Source: Nageia nagi (lineage: Eukaryota; Plantae; Pinophyta). From it: a DNA stretch of 64,000 nucleotides. The position numbers were made by a program, and so were the translations under genes. The notes under the pieces are model-generated. The model saw only the letters and a list, made by a program, of their open reading frames with translations, ran no database searches and was not told where the DNA came from. How positions within the stretch are numbered: position 1 is the stretch's first letter; each line of letters starts with the position of its first letter. The stretch is taken from contig JBITNC010000001.1 of the NCBI GenBank assembly GCA_050084985.1, forward strand, positions 185,566,001-185,630,000, given 5' to 3'. Shown piece by piece: positions 40,401 through 54,016 of the stretch.

Positions 40401-41618
40401 ATGATCGTTGATAGGCAATGATACAACTAGTGATAGTTTACTCACTTAAATGAAAATTAGTGATAAAACTGTAAATAAGGATGTTGACATTGGCTCATAT
40501 CCAATGTATGATGTACCTCACTATGTATCCAAAACATGTTGTAGGGTATTTTTAACTCCATTTCTATTATAAGGTATTCTCTAATCTATTTTCTTTTATA
40601 GGTAAAAAAGATAGAATTCAAAGTGTCCCCACTATTAGTAGTACTTTTCACACACTGTCAACATAGTTCATTGAACAACATCAAATATTCAAATCAATTT
40701 GAGCACTTCTATAGTAATACATAGACACTAGAATGTAAGACTCCCTAGTATAAATGATGAAGGAGCAATCACTTTCATACTTGAGTGCTCACAAGGGGAA
40801 AAAGGAGATATTTCTTTATATTTTGTCTTGGATGCACCATCCATGGAGTTTTCTTGGGAAAATAAATTCAAAAGGGGGTAGTGGAGGGCCTACATCAAAG
40901 GATCATACTATTGTATAAGAGTTGAAAGTTCTTAAAATTTTCTTCTACTCTTCTACTTTATATATGTAATTTCATGTATTTCATTATACCTCTTAAGAGG
41001 AAAAAATGTAGATGCTCAAAATGAAATAATTCATTTTTATAGCATCAAGAGATGTTTATTGTAAAAAGGGGTTAAAAATATACCCAATAAAATGTAATCA
41101 ATATAAAAGGACCACTAAGTAATGTAAGTCATGTCAAATCTCTATAAAGGTATCATGAACTATGTAATATGTGATGATACCAAGGTGAGGAGAAAATTAA
41201 TATGTTTCTATAAAAGAATATCAAAGACAAATGATTCATCATCAACAAATCATTAATTGTATAAGAGAATACATGCATATCATATATCCAAACAATAACG
41301 ATATTTTGTAACACCACCTATCTAAGGATATGTTATATATCTTTCATTGTACTTCATATACTTTAGTTTCTACATTTGATCTAATTTATTTTAAGGTACT
41401 AGAAGCGTATGATCACTAGGATGCCAACATTTCTATTCTTGAGTCTAAATGAATGGTGATTGTGCATAAGCATTACTTATCACCAGTTTATTTAGATTTG
41501 ATGAAGGTACATATTTATTATTATCATAAGCTGGTATATTTCTAATATATACTTCAATATTACATTTGTAGGAAAAGAGTGCTTTGTTTATTGAATTACA
41601 TATTATTTCTAGACTACA
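37436..41618 (+). mobile_element. 4.2-kb Tat-type Gypsy derivative encoding only aRH and integrase
   Basis: LTRs 37436-38058 and 41007-41618; perfect TSD AGAGG (37431-37435 / 41619-41623); PBS-like TTGTGAACCTGACATGA (38064-38080); PPT AAGAGGAAAAAA; aRH WKLHFD...TNNMVEYEALIIGL...SDS (ORF 38175-38495); INT YYWPTM, TKWVE, MDNGPNF, TGVTPFSLVYG, NWLGP (38780-39990). Confidence 0.92.
40174..40531 (+). repeat. Two ~166-bp copies (period 192 bp) in the element 3' UTR
   Basis: AAACATAATATCTT...ACTCACTTAAATGAAAA...AAGGATGTTGACATT...ACTATGTATCCA at 40174-40339 and 40366-40531. Confidence 0.9.
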
Positions 41619-42799
41619 AGAGGAGCATCAATATTCTCCATTTTGTACTTTACATCATGGTTGGTAAGCCTTTTCTCATATTTTAGTATCAAGATAATTT
41701 GCAAATTCTATAGTATCTCAAAATCCAACATAATTGAAATTTCAAAGACCTTTTTTTAAGGAAGAAATATCTATAATATATCATGAAATAATATAAGGAA
41801 ATGAACTAGTAAATGTTTATGACAATACACAATTGCAATATGTGAATTTCTCATAAATGATAATAGTATACATTGTGGAAATAAGGAGGGTAATACAAAG
41901 TTATATTACATAAACTACTTGTATTAAATTGATTAATTCTCCATGTTTATGAAACCTATATGCAAACCACTTCTATATTTTGTTGTACCCTATTTTTACA
42001 AGCTACCCTTAAAATTTCAGCCAAAGCGGACATTATATGAAAAAGTTATGACTAAAATACAATTCTATATTTTCATAGAATTTGCATACATATTTTTTTT
42101 GAATAACTAAAAAAAGGAAAGCATAATTGATGCTTTTATAAATGTCATGGACCGAAATTGGAGCCCTTGTGAAAATTAGTGAAAATTTTGGCATTTTTAA
42201 ATTATTCAAATTTAGATGTTACGCTTCTTTAGTGGTAAGGTTTAACATTAAGATTTTGACCTTTGATGCGATTAAGCTAAAGTCATTTGAGTTGCAAGGC
42301 TTAGTGGGCTCAATTGTAATTTATCGTATGATAAAATAACTTATCATTTAACAAAATACTTTTGCTATTTTGATAACTATGCTCAAAAGATAATTTGAAT
42401 CTTTGTTAATATTTGACAATATTAATATGGATCAAATATTGTAAATTCAGAAGATTTTGAAGGATCCTAATATTTAAATGTAAATTTAAATACTATAAAA
42501 CTTTACTCGGTAAAGTTAATCATTATAAAATCCATATTTGAGTTAATGATATTTATTATTCATGAGACTCTAATTTTTCGAATTTAATTGTAGATATTTA
42601 TATTTAAATTGGTATTTAAATATTAATATTAAATTTTATTCAAGATGATGATGTTTTGATTTTTGAAAAACCTTGCTAATAAATATTTTTAACATGATCC
42701 TTTGTTTCATAGTAATTTAAACACAGTATTGATGCTTTGATTAATGATGGATATTTATAAGCTTATGAGAAAATTGCTTTAAAACTTTTAATACATTAA

Positions 42800-44400
42800 T
42801 TATTCTTCTTGAGCCAACAACCACCAGTGGGAAGTGGTAGAAGTGGTTAGCAAATCTGGGAGTTATTTCTAATAAAGAATATTGGAGGAAATGACTAGTT
42901 TCTTTTATTATTAGCTCATCATCTTCCTGAGATTGGGAGAGGCGTTAGGAATTATTTTCAAAATAAATTTCCCCGCTTCATCGGTAGATGCCTACTAACA
43001 TGGAGATCAGGAGTGGTTATGTTGAAGAAAAACATCGAGCATTATGGGGGAGGTGGAGTTTTGCACGTCTTAGAGGATAGGACTAACTATGTGGAGGTAG
43101 TTAAGCAGTGAACTGCAAGTTTTTAGAGGAGGACTGGGTGTTCTAACTGATAGTAGAATGTGTGAAAATTAGATTTTTACAAGATGTTGTAGACATACTA
43201 CAAAAATCCATTACCCCTTGGCGTACCGTGATGGACATGGAACGTGTACTCTGCACCTTTCTTCAGCATTTTCATTTATGTCTGATTAATATTCGTATTT
43301 ATAAGATTTTCTCCTCTACTTGTTGGAGATTTCTTAAATCTTATTTAGCTATGTCTACCTGCTGAGTTTTTTTTTCTGAAGAGTTTTTAGTTTGTAATTT
43401 TGGGAAAGGGAGCATAATGTGGTAGGAAATGTCCGAATAGTCATGAACATAGAATGCGGATGAGAGGAGGTGGAACGTGAATAGATTGGCAAGATAGAAT
43501 CATCAATATGTTGGGCAAATAATTTATTTTCCTTTTTCGGCAATTCATCAGGGGGTTTGTGCTTAAACTCTTAGATCTAATGAAAAATTTGAGAATCTAT
43601 CAAAAGCTTTTCCTTTGTACCTGTTCTCTTTGCTTATAGCTAAGCGGGTTAGGAAGAAAGGAACTATAAATATTTTTTGATGTATGAGAGGCTCTTGTTG
43701 CATTATTCTTGAGATGAATCTTTATGCACACGTTGTTTACCTTCTTAGCCATGCTGGTTATTGGCTGAAGAATTGAGATTTGGATGCTGAATTACTCATA
43801 AAGCCAAATTCAAGTGAGTGGATGTGTCTTCCTAGAGTTTGAGAATTGCTTGATACCTCCATAGCTTGGTGATTGCCTTGACAACAGGATGCATGATGCA
43901 GAAATAGTTTTATTCTATGGATTACATATGCTAAAAGTTATGCAATTCATAGCTCTAGTAATCTTGGTCTGACAAAGCTCTGGGGTAAAATGATCCCAAC
44001 ATCATACCATGAATGCATCTACTTGCGCACTACCATGCAAGCCTGATTGAATAAGGCTGTAACTACTTTAATAGAACGAGTGACTCATATTGCATTATTC
44101 CTGAAAGAATCGTTCTACACGCGTTGTTGGTCTTTTGGTCCGTGCCGTCAATCCTAATAAAGTTTTAAACTTCATTGCCAAGGCACTTGCAAAGAAAAAA
44201 TTTAACTGTTTTGGAGTTGGGAAGAACGCTATTCCGCAACGAAATCTACCTCTAAAGTTATTGCTGCAGACTATAGAGAAGGTTCAATATCTAGTTGGAT
44301 ATGTGGACGCATGGAAAGAGCTCTCAAATTATTATGGTGAAAATCACAGTAAGAATATATTATATGGGTTTCAAAAGTTTAAAGGTAAGTATTCATAAAC
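42800..44400 (+). mobile_element. Possible highly decayed LINE ORF2-like relic
   Basis: Higher GC and CpG than the flanks; weak peptide resemblances only (FSFFGNSSG, PLYLFSLL, SSWICGR). No clear RT catalytic motif. Confidence 0.3.
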
Positions 44401-46730
44401 CTTTGATATTGCAATAGTTGAATAAATGTTAATAGAAAGCAGGAAAGATTGGATTGATTATGTTCTTTCTTTTGTTAAAATATAAAGCATATGAGGTAAA
44501 TAATAGTAATATGATTTTTTTTGAAATTTTGAATCATGATGTTAAGTCCTTATTTTTAAAATAAACTATTGGATTTAATAGAAAAATAATAGTATTGGAA
44601 TATAATTTTATAGTAGTTTATATAAATATATATTGAGTGTAAAGTGATTTAATAATCTTTTAAATCATTATTATTATACTATTAGATAGTTATCAAAATG
44701 ACACTTTCTCTATCTTGATATTTAACCATTGTTTTAGGTATTGAAAGCATTTCACCATTTTATATCTATGAAATACTAGAGACATTTTGATATTGTTAGA
44801 TATATATCTTAATGTTAAAATACCTATCATTGATGATAGTAAAGTAAGACATCTTGTTCTCTTAGTGATTATGATATTGTGAAAACTTTATTTTCTTAAT
44901 TATTGTAACAGCCTTGACAAGTTGACTATGTGTATATAAGTGATAAGGTCTAAATTCATATGGATAGAACTCATACCTTTAGCTCTAAGTTTTAAGTTAT
45001 TCTTATAACTTGTGTAGCTTAGATCATTTGATTAATTATAGATTTTAGATATGATTTTTCTAATAGTCTATGGTGTAGATTATTAAATTAGATTAATTTA
45101 TTTAAGCATTTTGAAAACATGACTACTAAGTTCTAGAGAATGAATTCATGGTATTGTATGATACACTAAGAAATGATTTCATGATCCATGAATGAAAGAA
45201 AATGGTTGAACTACTATTCTTTGTATTTGGAATGTTTAGGGATTTATGAACTAGTTGAGTTCACATTTGTATATGAACCAAATGATTGGTTAAGATGTAC
45301 TTGGGTTGAAAAATGTGTCAAAGATAACCTAGTGGTTGTAAGGAAGTGAAGAAAGAGATATATTTTCTAAAAATGTAATATATTATTATCAGAATAATAA
45401 AAAGGTAATTAGGTAGCATTGCTACCAAGGGTTTACTTGGTGTGGCAACTCCCAAGTTTTTTTCCCAAGCATCATCTTAAATCTTGGTTATGGATTAATT
45501 CTTTGGTGTTGTGGTTTTATATCTCTTACTGTTATGTTTTATCTCATTAAAGATGTTATCTTTATTTATTGTATAAAAATGAAATATGTGATATTATTTG
45601 GATATGTTTAATGATATTTAGTTTATCATAATATCATGAATTATGATATACCATGAAGGATAAATGCTAGGTTTTTCCATGATACATGAGATTATGATAG
45701 TTATTTTATTTTAGCTTAAGTTTGTGTAGTCATACTTAGACAAGTTTATTGAAATAAAGGAAACTTTTGAGTAGGTTTATGTTCTTTCTATATTTCATTA
45801 TGAAATATGAGATTATGATTCATTGTGAAAAATAAACTAATGTACAATGTTAAACAAGAACTTCTTAATGTTCATTTTTTCAATTAAAATATAAAAGTTT
45901 GATATGAATGAAAGTGAATCATATCTTGTTTGTTGAATGAGAACTCACCTAAAGTTTATGCCTTTTTAAAAAAAAAAACAAATTGTGTTTTTGGAGTGAT
46001 ATAGTGGTATCTTACAATAAAAACACAAGGAAATATTTTTGAAGAATTTAATATTAAAGTTATGTATGAAGATTGTTCAACATCAACCTCTATTAATTAG
46101 CCCATGCATAGTAATGATGAACTTCATACATTTAAGATTTTAGTAACAGAGTGTAGTCAAGTTTTGTTCAAAGTGTTATTACTAATTTTTGGTATCATAT
46201 TGTCAAATAAACATAACATAGCACACCCACCAAGAGAGCATATAAAAAAATAAAAATAGAGAAAGATGTGGAGTTTCTAGGGCTCTCAAATTTTACAACA
46301 AGATCTCATATACAAAGTGAATTAGCTATTGAAGGTAATATCATGAAAAATATTTTTGCTTTGCATCAACAATACGAGTGATTTCAAAAAGAGTGAAGAT
46401 TCTTCTCAATTCTAAAACAAAGAAATGGGAAGTATTATTATATTACCCATTTCTATTTATAATACTTTATAGAAATAAATAAAGTATAAAGATACAATTT
46501 CTAGATTGAAGAATGTTGTGATGGATAAATATGCCAAATTTAGAAACATATAGAAAAGGTTTGATAATACAAAGTGGAAAGTGGAATATATAAAAAGGTT
46601 TGCTAGAGAGAAGAATATATAAAGGAGAAATAAAGGTTTAAGCTAGGAGAAGATGATGAGATAAAAAATGTCCTCATTTTAGCATAAATATCTAGTCAAA
46701 ACATTTCCCTTTTGGATACTTAAATAGTAG

Positions 46731-48705
46731 TAATGCATGGCTTTATATGCTTAATTGATCTAACTAGATGTAATATGTGTATTTATTAATTGTTAATATT
46801 TTCATGCTTTATGACATGTTTTCAATATATTTTAATACAAGTATTGATGTTTTGCTACGAAAGGAATTCTCATTTGGAAACCTTAGTGTAAAAAAAGAAA
46901 ATACATTAAAGTAACCTCAGTGCAATAGAAGGAAAAGTGCTAGAGTAACTTAAGAGCAAATGATCAAGAAGAAAGTGCTCAAGTAACTTAAGTACATTGA
47001 ATTAAAGGAGACTTCATAGCATTTATTTAAAATATACTTTAAATCATTGACTTAAAAGAAGACTTCAAAGAATTGATTTAAGAGAAGAATTCAGAGAATT
47101 GACTTAAAAGAAGACTTTAGTGCAATGTTTAAGAAGAAGAATGGACCAAGGTTTGACCAAGATGATTTATTGCCTAAATGTTCCTTCTAATATAAAATAG
47201 GTATATAGACTAATTCCCCTTTATTTTTTTAACTTGTAAATCAAAATATTTGGCATTTGCTAAAAATTTGGATATCTAAATTCCAAAATAGTAAGTACTA
47301 AGGAAAAATAGACCTATTTTGAGAGATTAAATGTACTTAAAAATTCATAAAAATTTGAAGAAAACTTCTAGTCAATAATGGGTACTCATAATATTTTATG
47401 GATCAAGAAAATACATAATATTAAAAACGTTTTGATGTCTACAATATTTTCCAAGCCATCAAGGTTTTTCCAAGTTAAAAGCATTTTATCTTTAGGTAGT
47501 GAATCATAATAGTTCACAATAGTTTCCATGTGTAGCCAAAATTTATAGGAGAAGATCATATACATTTTTTTATGAACTACTAGGGTTTATGGATATTCAA
47601 GATCAACATTTAGGAGATAAATCAACTAGCTTTGGAACATTCAAGATTGGCTAGATATGGAGGATCATGAACAATATAAATATGGAGTTTGTTTATGGAT
47701 TTTAGGAATGCATATCTTCCACAGATGGATGCTCCAAATAAAGACAAATAAGCACCATATATTCTACATATTAGAGACACTAAAAAGGGGAGTAAGATAT
47801 AATAAAATATTATATATCCAACCATTAGAAATGAGTAAAAATAGGATGTTTGTTAAGTAATAGTTTTTCTAGGAAATAGTTTGATTTAAGCAATAATAAA
47901 AATCCTTCTCGCATACAAAGAAAGGGATTGTAGTTAGATAGAGAAGTTTTTCATTTTGTAATATAATAGATGGATTGTAATATGTATAAGAGGAATAATT
48001 TGAAGGTTAACTCTTTCCTACTATTTCCTTTGTGAATGGACCAAAATATAATATGATCTAGTAAGAATAAAGTTTATTTTCAGCTACTAAGTGTCCATAT
48101 TTGGAGCTTTTATTGCAAGGAATCTAGAAAAATACATCAAGTAGAAGTCTCATTTATTCCTATTTTCTTTAATTAATTATTTATATTATTTTATTACCAT
48201 TTCAATTCTATAATCTTATGTGTGTCATGTTAATTTCATAGAATTATTTTATAACTGTAATAGGGTATGTTACTTGTTTTATATTTTTCTTTAAATGATT
48301 TATTTTCTTTCCATTGTGTGATCTTTTTAATTCCTACAATTTATATATTTTGTTTCCTTTCTAATCAATTTCCTTTCAATATTTTTATTTCTAATACTAT
48401 GCATTTTTCAAAACTCTTCTTTAAACCTAAATCGTGATGTTCTATTGCATACAAAATTAAGGCACTAGCCTAGATTGATAAATGAATGATAAGTTTAAAT
48501 ATTTATATTTAATAATGGTGAGAGGTAAGGAAATGTCCTACAAGGGTTGATTACCAACTCTAAAAGCTAACTAGTCCTTTCCTTGAAAAAGGTTGGAGTA
48601 CTAACTTCAGAGCTAATTAGTCCCTCTGAAATAGGTGAAAGGTTCATCATGAAGGAGGATAATGATAATCTTGAGGATAATTAGAGACCAATATTTTTCT
48701 CATCA
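46731..48705 (+). repeat. Athila-like solo or 3' LTR (~2 kb; left end approximate)
   Basis: The 3' ~180 bp matches 21770-21956 and ends CATCA with no PBS after it; internal short tandem repeats at 46900-47140 (AGTAACTTAAG; ATTGACTTAAAAGAAGACTT). Confidence 0.55.
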
Positions 48706-50879
48706 ACAAGTTAAGGTAGTTATAAATACTTTATGAGAAAATAGTGAATGCACTTGAGCATATAAGTTTGTATCTCTTTTAGTATCTAATATTTATTTCC
48801 TCTGTAGAGATTAAATGCCCATGATTGGAAAGGTTCATACACCATCATATTTTGAAGCATTATCATACCTAAGATTAAAGTTTTGTAGCCCTATTTGTAA
48901 TTTGTATTAGAAAAGAATATCATCCCAAGTCAAAAGGATAATTTCCACCCAAATGTGATCACTATTTATAGATAAATTTCCATAATTTTCTAGCCTATTT
49001 CAAAGAGAAATATGAAAAAGATACATTGTTAATCATAAATCATATTTCTAGTAAATTTCAAGTTCAAAAGAGCCAATCCTTGAGCATCAATGCTCAATAT
49101 TCTTCTAAAAATATATACTTGAAGCCTAATTCTATTTTAATAAAAAGGCATTCTAAGATCATAAAAAGTTGTAAATATATGTATCATTTTCTATAAATCT
49201 ATGATCATCTCAATTTTGCTCAAACTCGATGATACTTCAATTTTTTCAATAATATGATTCATATTATTCCTTAAGATAAAAATGCTAATATTCACTAAGC
49301 TCACTTACGGTCCTAGAATCTTCCCTTGGAGGTACATTATTTCAAATACCCCTTTTATGCTTGGGTTAACCATCTAAGAATCACTCTCATTGGTACTTGT
49401 GAAATTAAGTACTATCCTAAGAATCAATCAAAATCACTGCTATTAGTACTCATGGTATTAAATATCATGATAAGAGTTACTATAAGAATAATTCCTATCG
49501 ATGCTTGGGGTATTAATAATTGACTAAGAATTACTTTAAGAGTCATTCTAATTGGTACTTGATGCCAATCTTTACTAAGATTCATTTCATACATCATATT
49601 GATTTTATATTTTTACGTAATCAATGATGCATAACATATGGGGCATATATGTTGATTATAAATATTTTTGTTTTCTATCTTTTTATTGGGTGTTTGCCTT
49701 GATTTCTTTCAATTAATACAATCTTCATTGCAAAAACCAAAGGTAGAGAGGGGTAGAAGATAATCATTTAGAATGGAAAACCTAATATTATCGCTAAGAT
49801 TACAAGTTAGGGAAGTGTTATGTGGCTTTCATTATATTTTATATTATTATTCATATCCTTTAGAATATGTGATTTCATGGTTTCACAACACTACACTTCC
49901 AAAGGGAGTAATTATTGACACATAAAATAGAAATACTTTTCTATTTTAGATATCCTAAAATAATATTGTAATATATTTACTTTATTTGATATTATATATG
50001 ATATATTTATTATCTCATAACATTTCCTTTTTTTGTGGTGTAAGGATCAAGAGTCCTAAGAAAAGTTGTTAATAGGAGACTTGTCTATATAAAGAGGAAA
50101 TGTACACATCATATAATTATCAAATCTTTTTGTCATGATATATCTCATATGCAAAATTTGTATTCTTGAATATTAGATATGATTGTTATCTTTAAACATC
50201 ATCTATCAAGATCTAAGTTTCACTATAACCATTTAACATCAGAAATGGCACTAGAGTATGGTAAGCAAGCATCAAAATGACATTAAACATAGAGTTTATG
50301 CAATTTTTTTATTATTATAATGCTAAATCTAATGCTATACCTAACATCATATTTACTCATTTTTTTGATACTAAATTTAATGCTAGGTTTGATGCCATTT
50401 TTGACACTAAATATCACAAAACCTAGAATTAGGAGGTACATAGATCGTAAAAACTATGCATGGATTATCAAAAATATATATCAACCATACAAAAGTCAAT
50501 ATAATTAGACATCTATGGTTTATACATATACCAAGGACTATTTTAAAAGCATAATTCTGTCACATTTTATGGTTGTAATTGGCTTGCTAGATTTGTATAC
50601 AAAAATATGAAGTGTAGAGAAGGCACACACCAAACTAGGAGATTTGTAACAAGGTTTATACATACATCAATGACTCTTTAAAATTGAATTTGCTATAAGG
50701 TTTATCAAATATTATGATTATGAATATTCTTAATTGATAAGTTTGATTTGATCCAATAGTTAGGAGATTATCTATTTTTCATATTTTGTTATTTTCCTTA
50801 GATACTATTATTTCTAAGATACAAGGCTAGCAATTAGATGTTGAGTTATTATTTATTTTAGTACATATTTTAAGTATCA

Positions 50880-51780
50880 ACAATTTGATCTACATAAGAA
50901 TATATCCTACAATGAAGAATCAATTTGCTCTACTTATTTTAAGACAAAGGAGCTTGGACTAATGAAATATTTCTTCAACATGGAAGTGTGCCATGATGAG
51001 TGTGGAATTTTAATAAGATGATCAAAATTTACGAATGATATGATTAAAAAATCTACATGCAAACTTGTATGGCTATACTTACATCCTATGTTCAAGGGGT
51101 TATTTTATTTAAGGATGATAATGCTAAAAAAGTAAATGCAACTCACTTTTCTAACATAAATCTAGGAGCCTTATCTTTTTATCTACTACAAGATAAAATA
51201 TTTCATATTTATTGAGAACAATTATAGCTAATACTTCTTAGTTTCATTTATGAATAGTAAAGTGAATATTGAGGTATGTAAGAGGTACTTTGGAGTTTGG
51301 AGTTAGGTACTTATACATCTATGTTTTTTAATTAATTGGATGAACATATTCTAATTGAGGAGGTTATTTACATGATCAAAAATTAACTTTTGGTAATTAT
51401 TTCTTTCTTAGATTTAGTTTGATTATTTTGAACTTAAGGAAATAATCCATTATTGTGCTTTCTTTAGTAGAGGTAGAGCATGTTGCAATTAAAATAACAA
51501 AAAAAGAAGTCTTATGGTTAAGAAAAATATTATAGTTCTTAGAAGAGTATTAGCTAACAACCTTTATATTATTTTGTGATACGCAAAGTGTAAATCAAAT
51601 TATATATAATTCTATCCACCATGGAAGGTTCAAGCATATAAATATTTAATTTCAATTCACAAGAGAAATGATACAAAGGTGGAATAGAATTGAAATTTTG
51701 CAATACCATTAATTATTTTATAGATATCTTTGATAAGGGTATAAAGATATAGTAGTTCATAAGGCTATTAAATGGACCAA
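50880..51780 (+). pseudogene. Copia RT C-terminus / RNase H relic
   Basis: FKTKELGLMKYFFNMEV, VLSLVEVEHVAI, IFCDTQSV, IHHGRFKHINI. Confidence 0.8.
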
Positions 51781-52882
51781 TGATCTCCTTCATAATCAAG
51801 ATTTTATCACATCATGAGAAAATGAATATGTCTATTTCTTACTTCAAAAAAGGTGTTGGCTATTTAGCCTCCAGAATTCTCCCCCATACCCTTGACAAGT
51901 CTCACATGGTGCAAATTTTGAGTATGCCAAAAACATTTCTAATGCATTGTTAAAGGAACTGCATTTATTAGTTATAGGGTTAAACACATTGCATTTATCT
52001 ATTTTAGGTTAATTGAATTGTGTTTATCAAAAATGGTGAAACAAAAACTAAGTGTTGGACCTAGCAACTATCGAAATGGCCTTACATGGACTTGAACCCA
52101 CATCTATGTTAGAAAATTGCTCTAATTTGACCAACATACCATCGATCACAACATACAACACATTTGACATCGTTTCTATTTAAAATGGGTAGAGGGTTAA
52201 TCCCACTTCATTCAACCCCTAGAAAGAGGGTTATACAAAGTGGGATTAACCCTTGTGTCAGGAAAAAACCACGAACCATGCCAATAACTATTTCCAATGT
52301 TTGACCTTTCAAAGTACAAAGAGGAATTATGAAGGTTAGATAGCCAACACCCTTCAAAAAAATAGATAAGAAAATAAAGTAGACAATCAATATCTCTTGA
52401 TCTTCATGTAAGTTAAGAGACATGTGAAAATTATGTAAACTCAATGAAAATTCAATTGACATGGAAAACTCAAAGATATATGTAGAATATAATATATTAT
52501 ACATTTATTTATCAATGTTATTATATGCATATACTACAACTATATTTTTGGATTTGAATTGGATACAAGATTCCATTAAAGTATCAAAATAATATAGTTT
52601 AAGAAAGATCTTTAATCCCTATTACAGGAAAGCAAGTGAAAGCAAAGCAATCACAGTATTGTGTGCACCTTGCCCTGCATATCCATCCACATCTCATGTC
52701 AAATACCACTTTGCCTTCTACTCTTACTAACGCAACTCTCACTACGCTGATACTATGTCACTGCCACGTTCATACTTGTAAATAATGGCAGTAGTTTTAA
52801 GACATAAAAACTTACAGTCGCATAAACTGCATCAATCTTATTCTGAATATGGCGGAAAATGCGACTCAGCGATATAAATAAA

Positions 52883-53793
52883 CTAGCTGATGTAATATAT
52901 GGGATTGGGAAGCTTAAAAGTACCAGATCCGACGTAGGTTCCGTCGAGATCGCTCCATAGATCACCGACATTACCCCAAATGCAATAGCCTTTCTTCACC
53001 AATGCCTCCCTCTTCCCTGACTTGTACTCTATCGCCGACTTTTCCTGGTCGCTTTCCACTCTGCCAAACAAACAGCATTCCAATCCATAACTAAATTAGC
53101 CCTTTACAGAAAACCATTTACTTATCCTTACCTGGTGGGTTGAATATAAAATACATACCTCATCATCAATCCGGACCAGTGTCTGTAACCAGCTCTCATA
53201 AGGTTCTTCTCCGTAAGGTGGCGATATTCGTCGTCTCTTCCTGTGAGCAAAAAGACTTTGAAGCCTCTTGCCACCAGTTTCTTATAGAGAAGCAAAGAAA
53301 ATGGCAAAACTGGGGCTCTTCCTTCCTCTACCCATTTGTTGGCTAGCGTAGCATTCTACAACTCCCCGCTGCAAAGACACGAAATGGAATACGTCATCTT
53401 GGAGAAGTTATATCCCAAATAATGTAATGGAGGGAAAGAAAAAATACCCGAATTTGTGCAGTTGGTAATAGGGCAGATTAGATAAAGTGGTTTCGTCAAT
53501 GTCGAAAATCCAGGCATCCATGCCATCGCCGACCAGCTTCAAGTCCTTGGCATAAGATGTACATTGTTGAACGGCGACTTTGGAGTCGAGGAGGTATTGA
53601 CTCATGGTCATGTATTTGCCAACATGGGATACGCATTTGGAAGTCACAACACTCCATCCCTCAGATTATTGGTCTCCACATTGGTCATCCATGCCGAACA
53701 GTCCTTCGAGGAATGTTTAGCTGCAATGCCACAGTTTCCGTAGAACACAAGAAGCAGAATAAAAGGGATTCGGGAAACTCCTGGCATAGCCAT
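52883..53793 (-). pseudogene. HAD superfamily subfamily IIIB (plant class B / VSP-like) acid phosphatase, probable pseudogene; exons 53793-53448, 53368-53159, 53060-52883
   Basis: Signal-peptide-like start MAMPGVSRIPFILLLVFYG; VETNNL; DAWIFDIDETTLSNLPYY (DxDxT); FLLTGR; YKSGKR; GNVGDLWSDL; FKLPNPIYYIS*. Both introns are GT-AG, phase 2. One G is missing at 53658-53660 and there is an in-frame TAG at 53356-53358. Repaired length 244 aa. Confidence 0.93.
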
Positions 53794-54008
53794 GAGAAGC
53801 GATATGATTAAAGCTTGGATAGCTACTGGATAAGGATGGCAAATTTAAGAAGCCAAGCTTGTAGCGTACAAATGAATGGTCGATATTGAGCATACCTCTT
53901 TGCGAAGCTGCGCAGTAGATTGAGAATTTATCTTTCCAATGCTATCTAAACCCATTGACACCTGTTTCAGAACAGACAGCTTTTTACTCTTCAAAATTTT
54001 AGGGAGAA

Positions 54009-54016
54009 GCATATCC
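54009..54016. promoter_or_regulatory. P1BS-like site (GNATATNC) ~215 bp upstream of the acid phosphatase ATG
   Basis: GCATATCC; an identical 8-mer lies ~200 bp downstream of the stop codon (52677-52684). Confidence 0.4.

Noticed and set aside
40174-40531. Hammerhead ribozyme / retrozyme
   Set aside because: GAAA is present, but no CTGANGA core with the required stems could be found.
45150-46460. Copia gag relic
   Set aside because: Only faint peptide resemblance; boundaries and domains could not be supported.
53557-53811. + strand ORFs 53557-53811 and 53140-53346 as separate genes
   Set aside because: They are antisense to the acid phosphatase exons and have no independent support.
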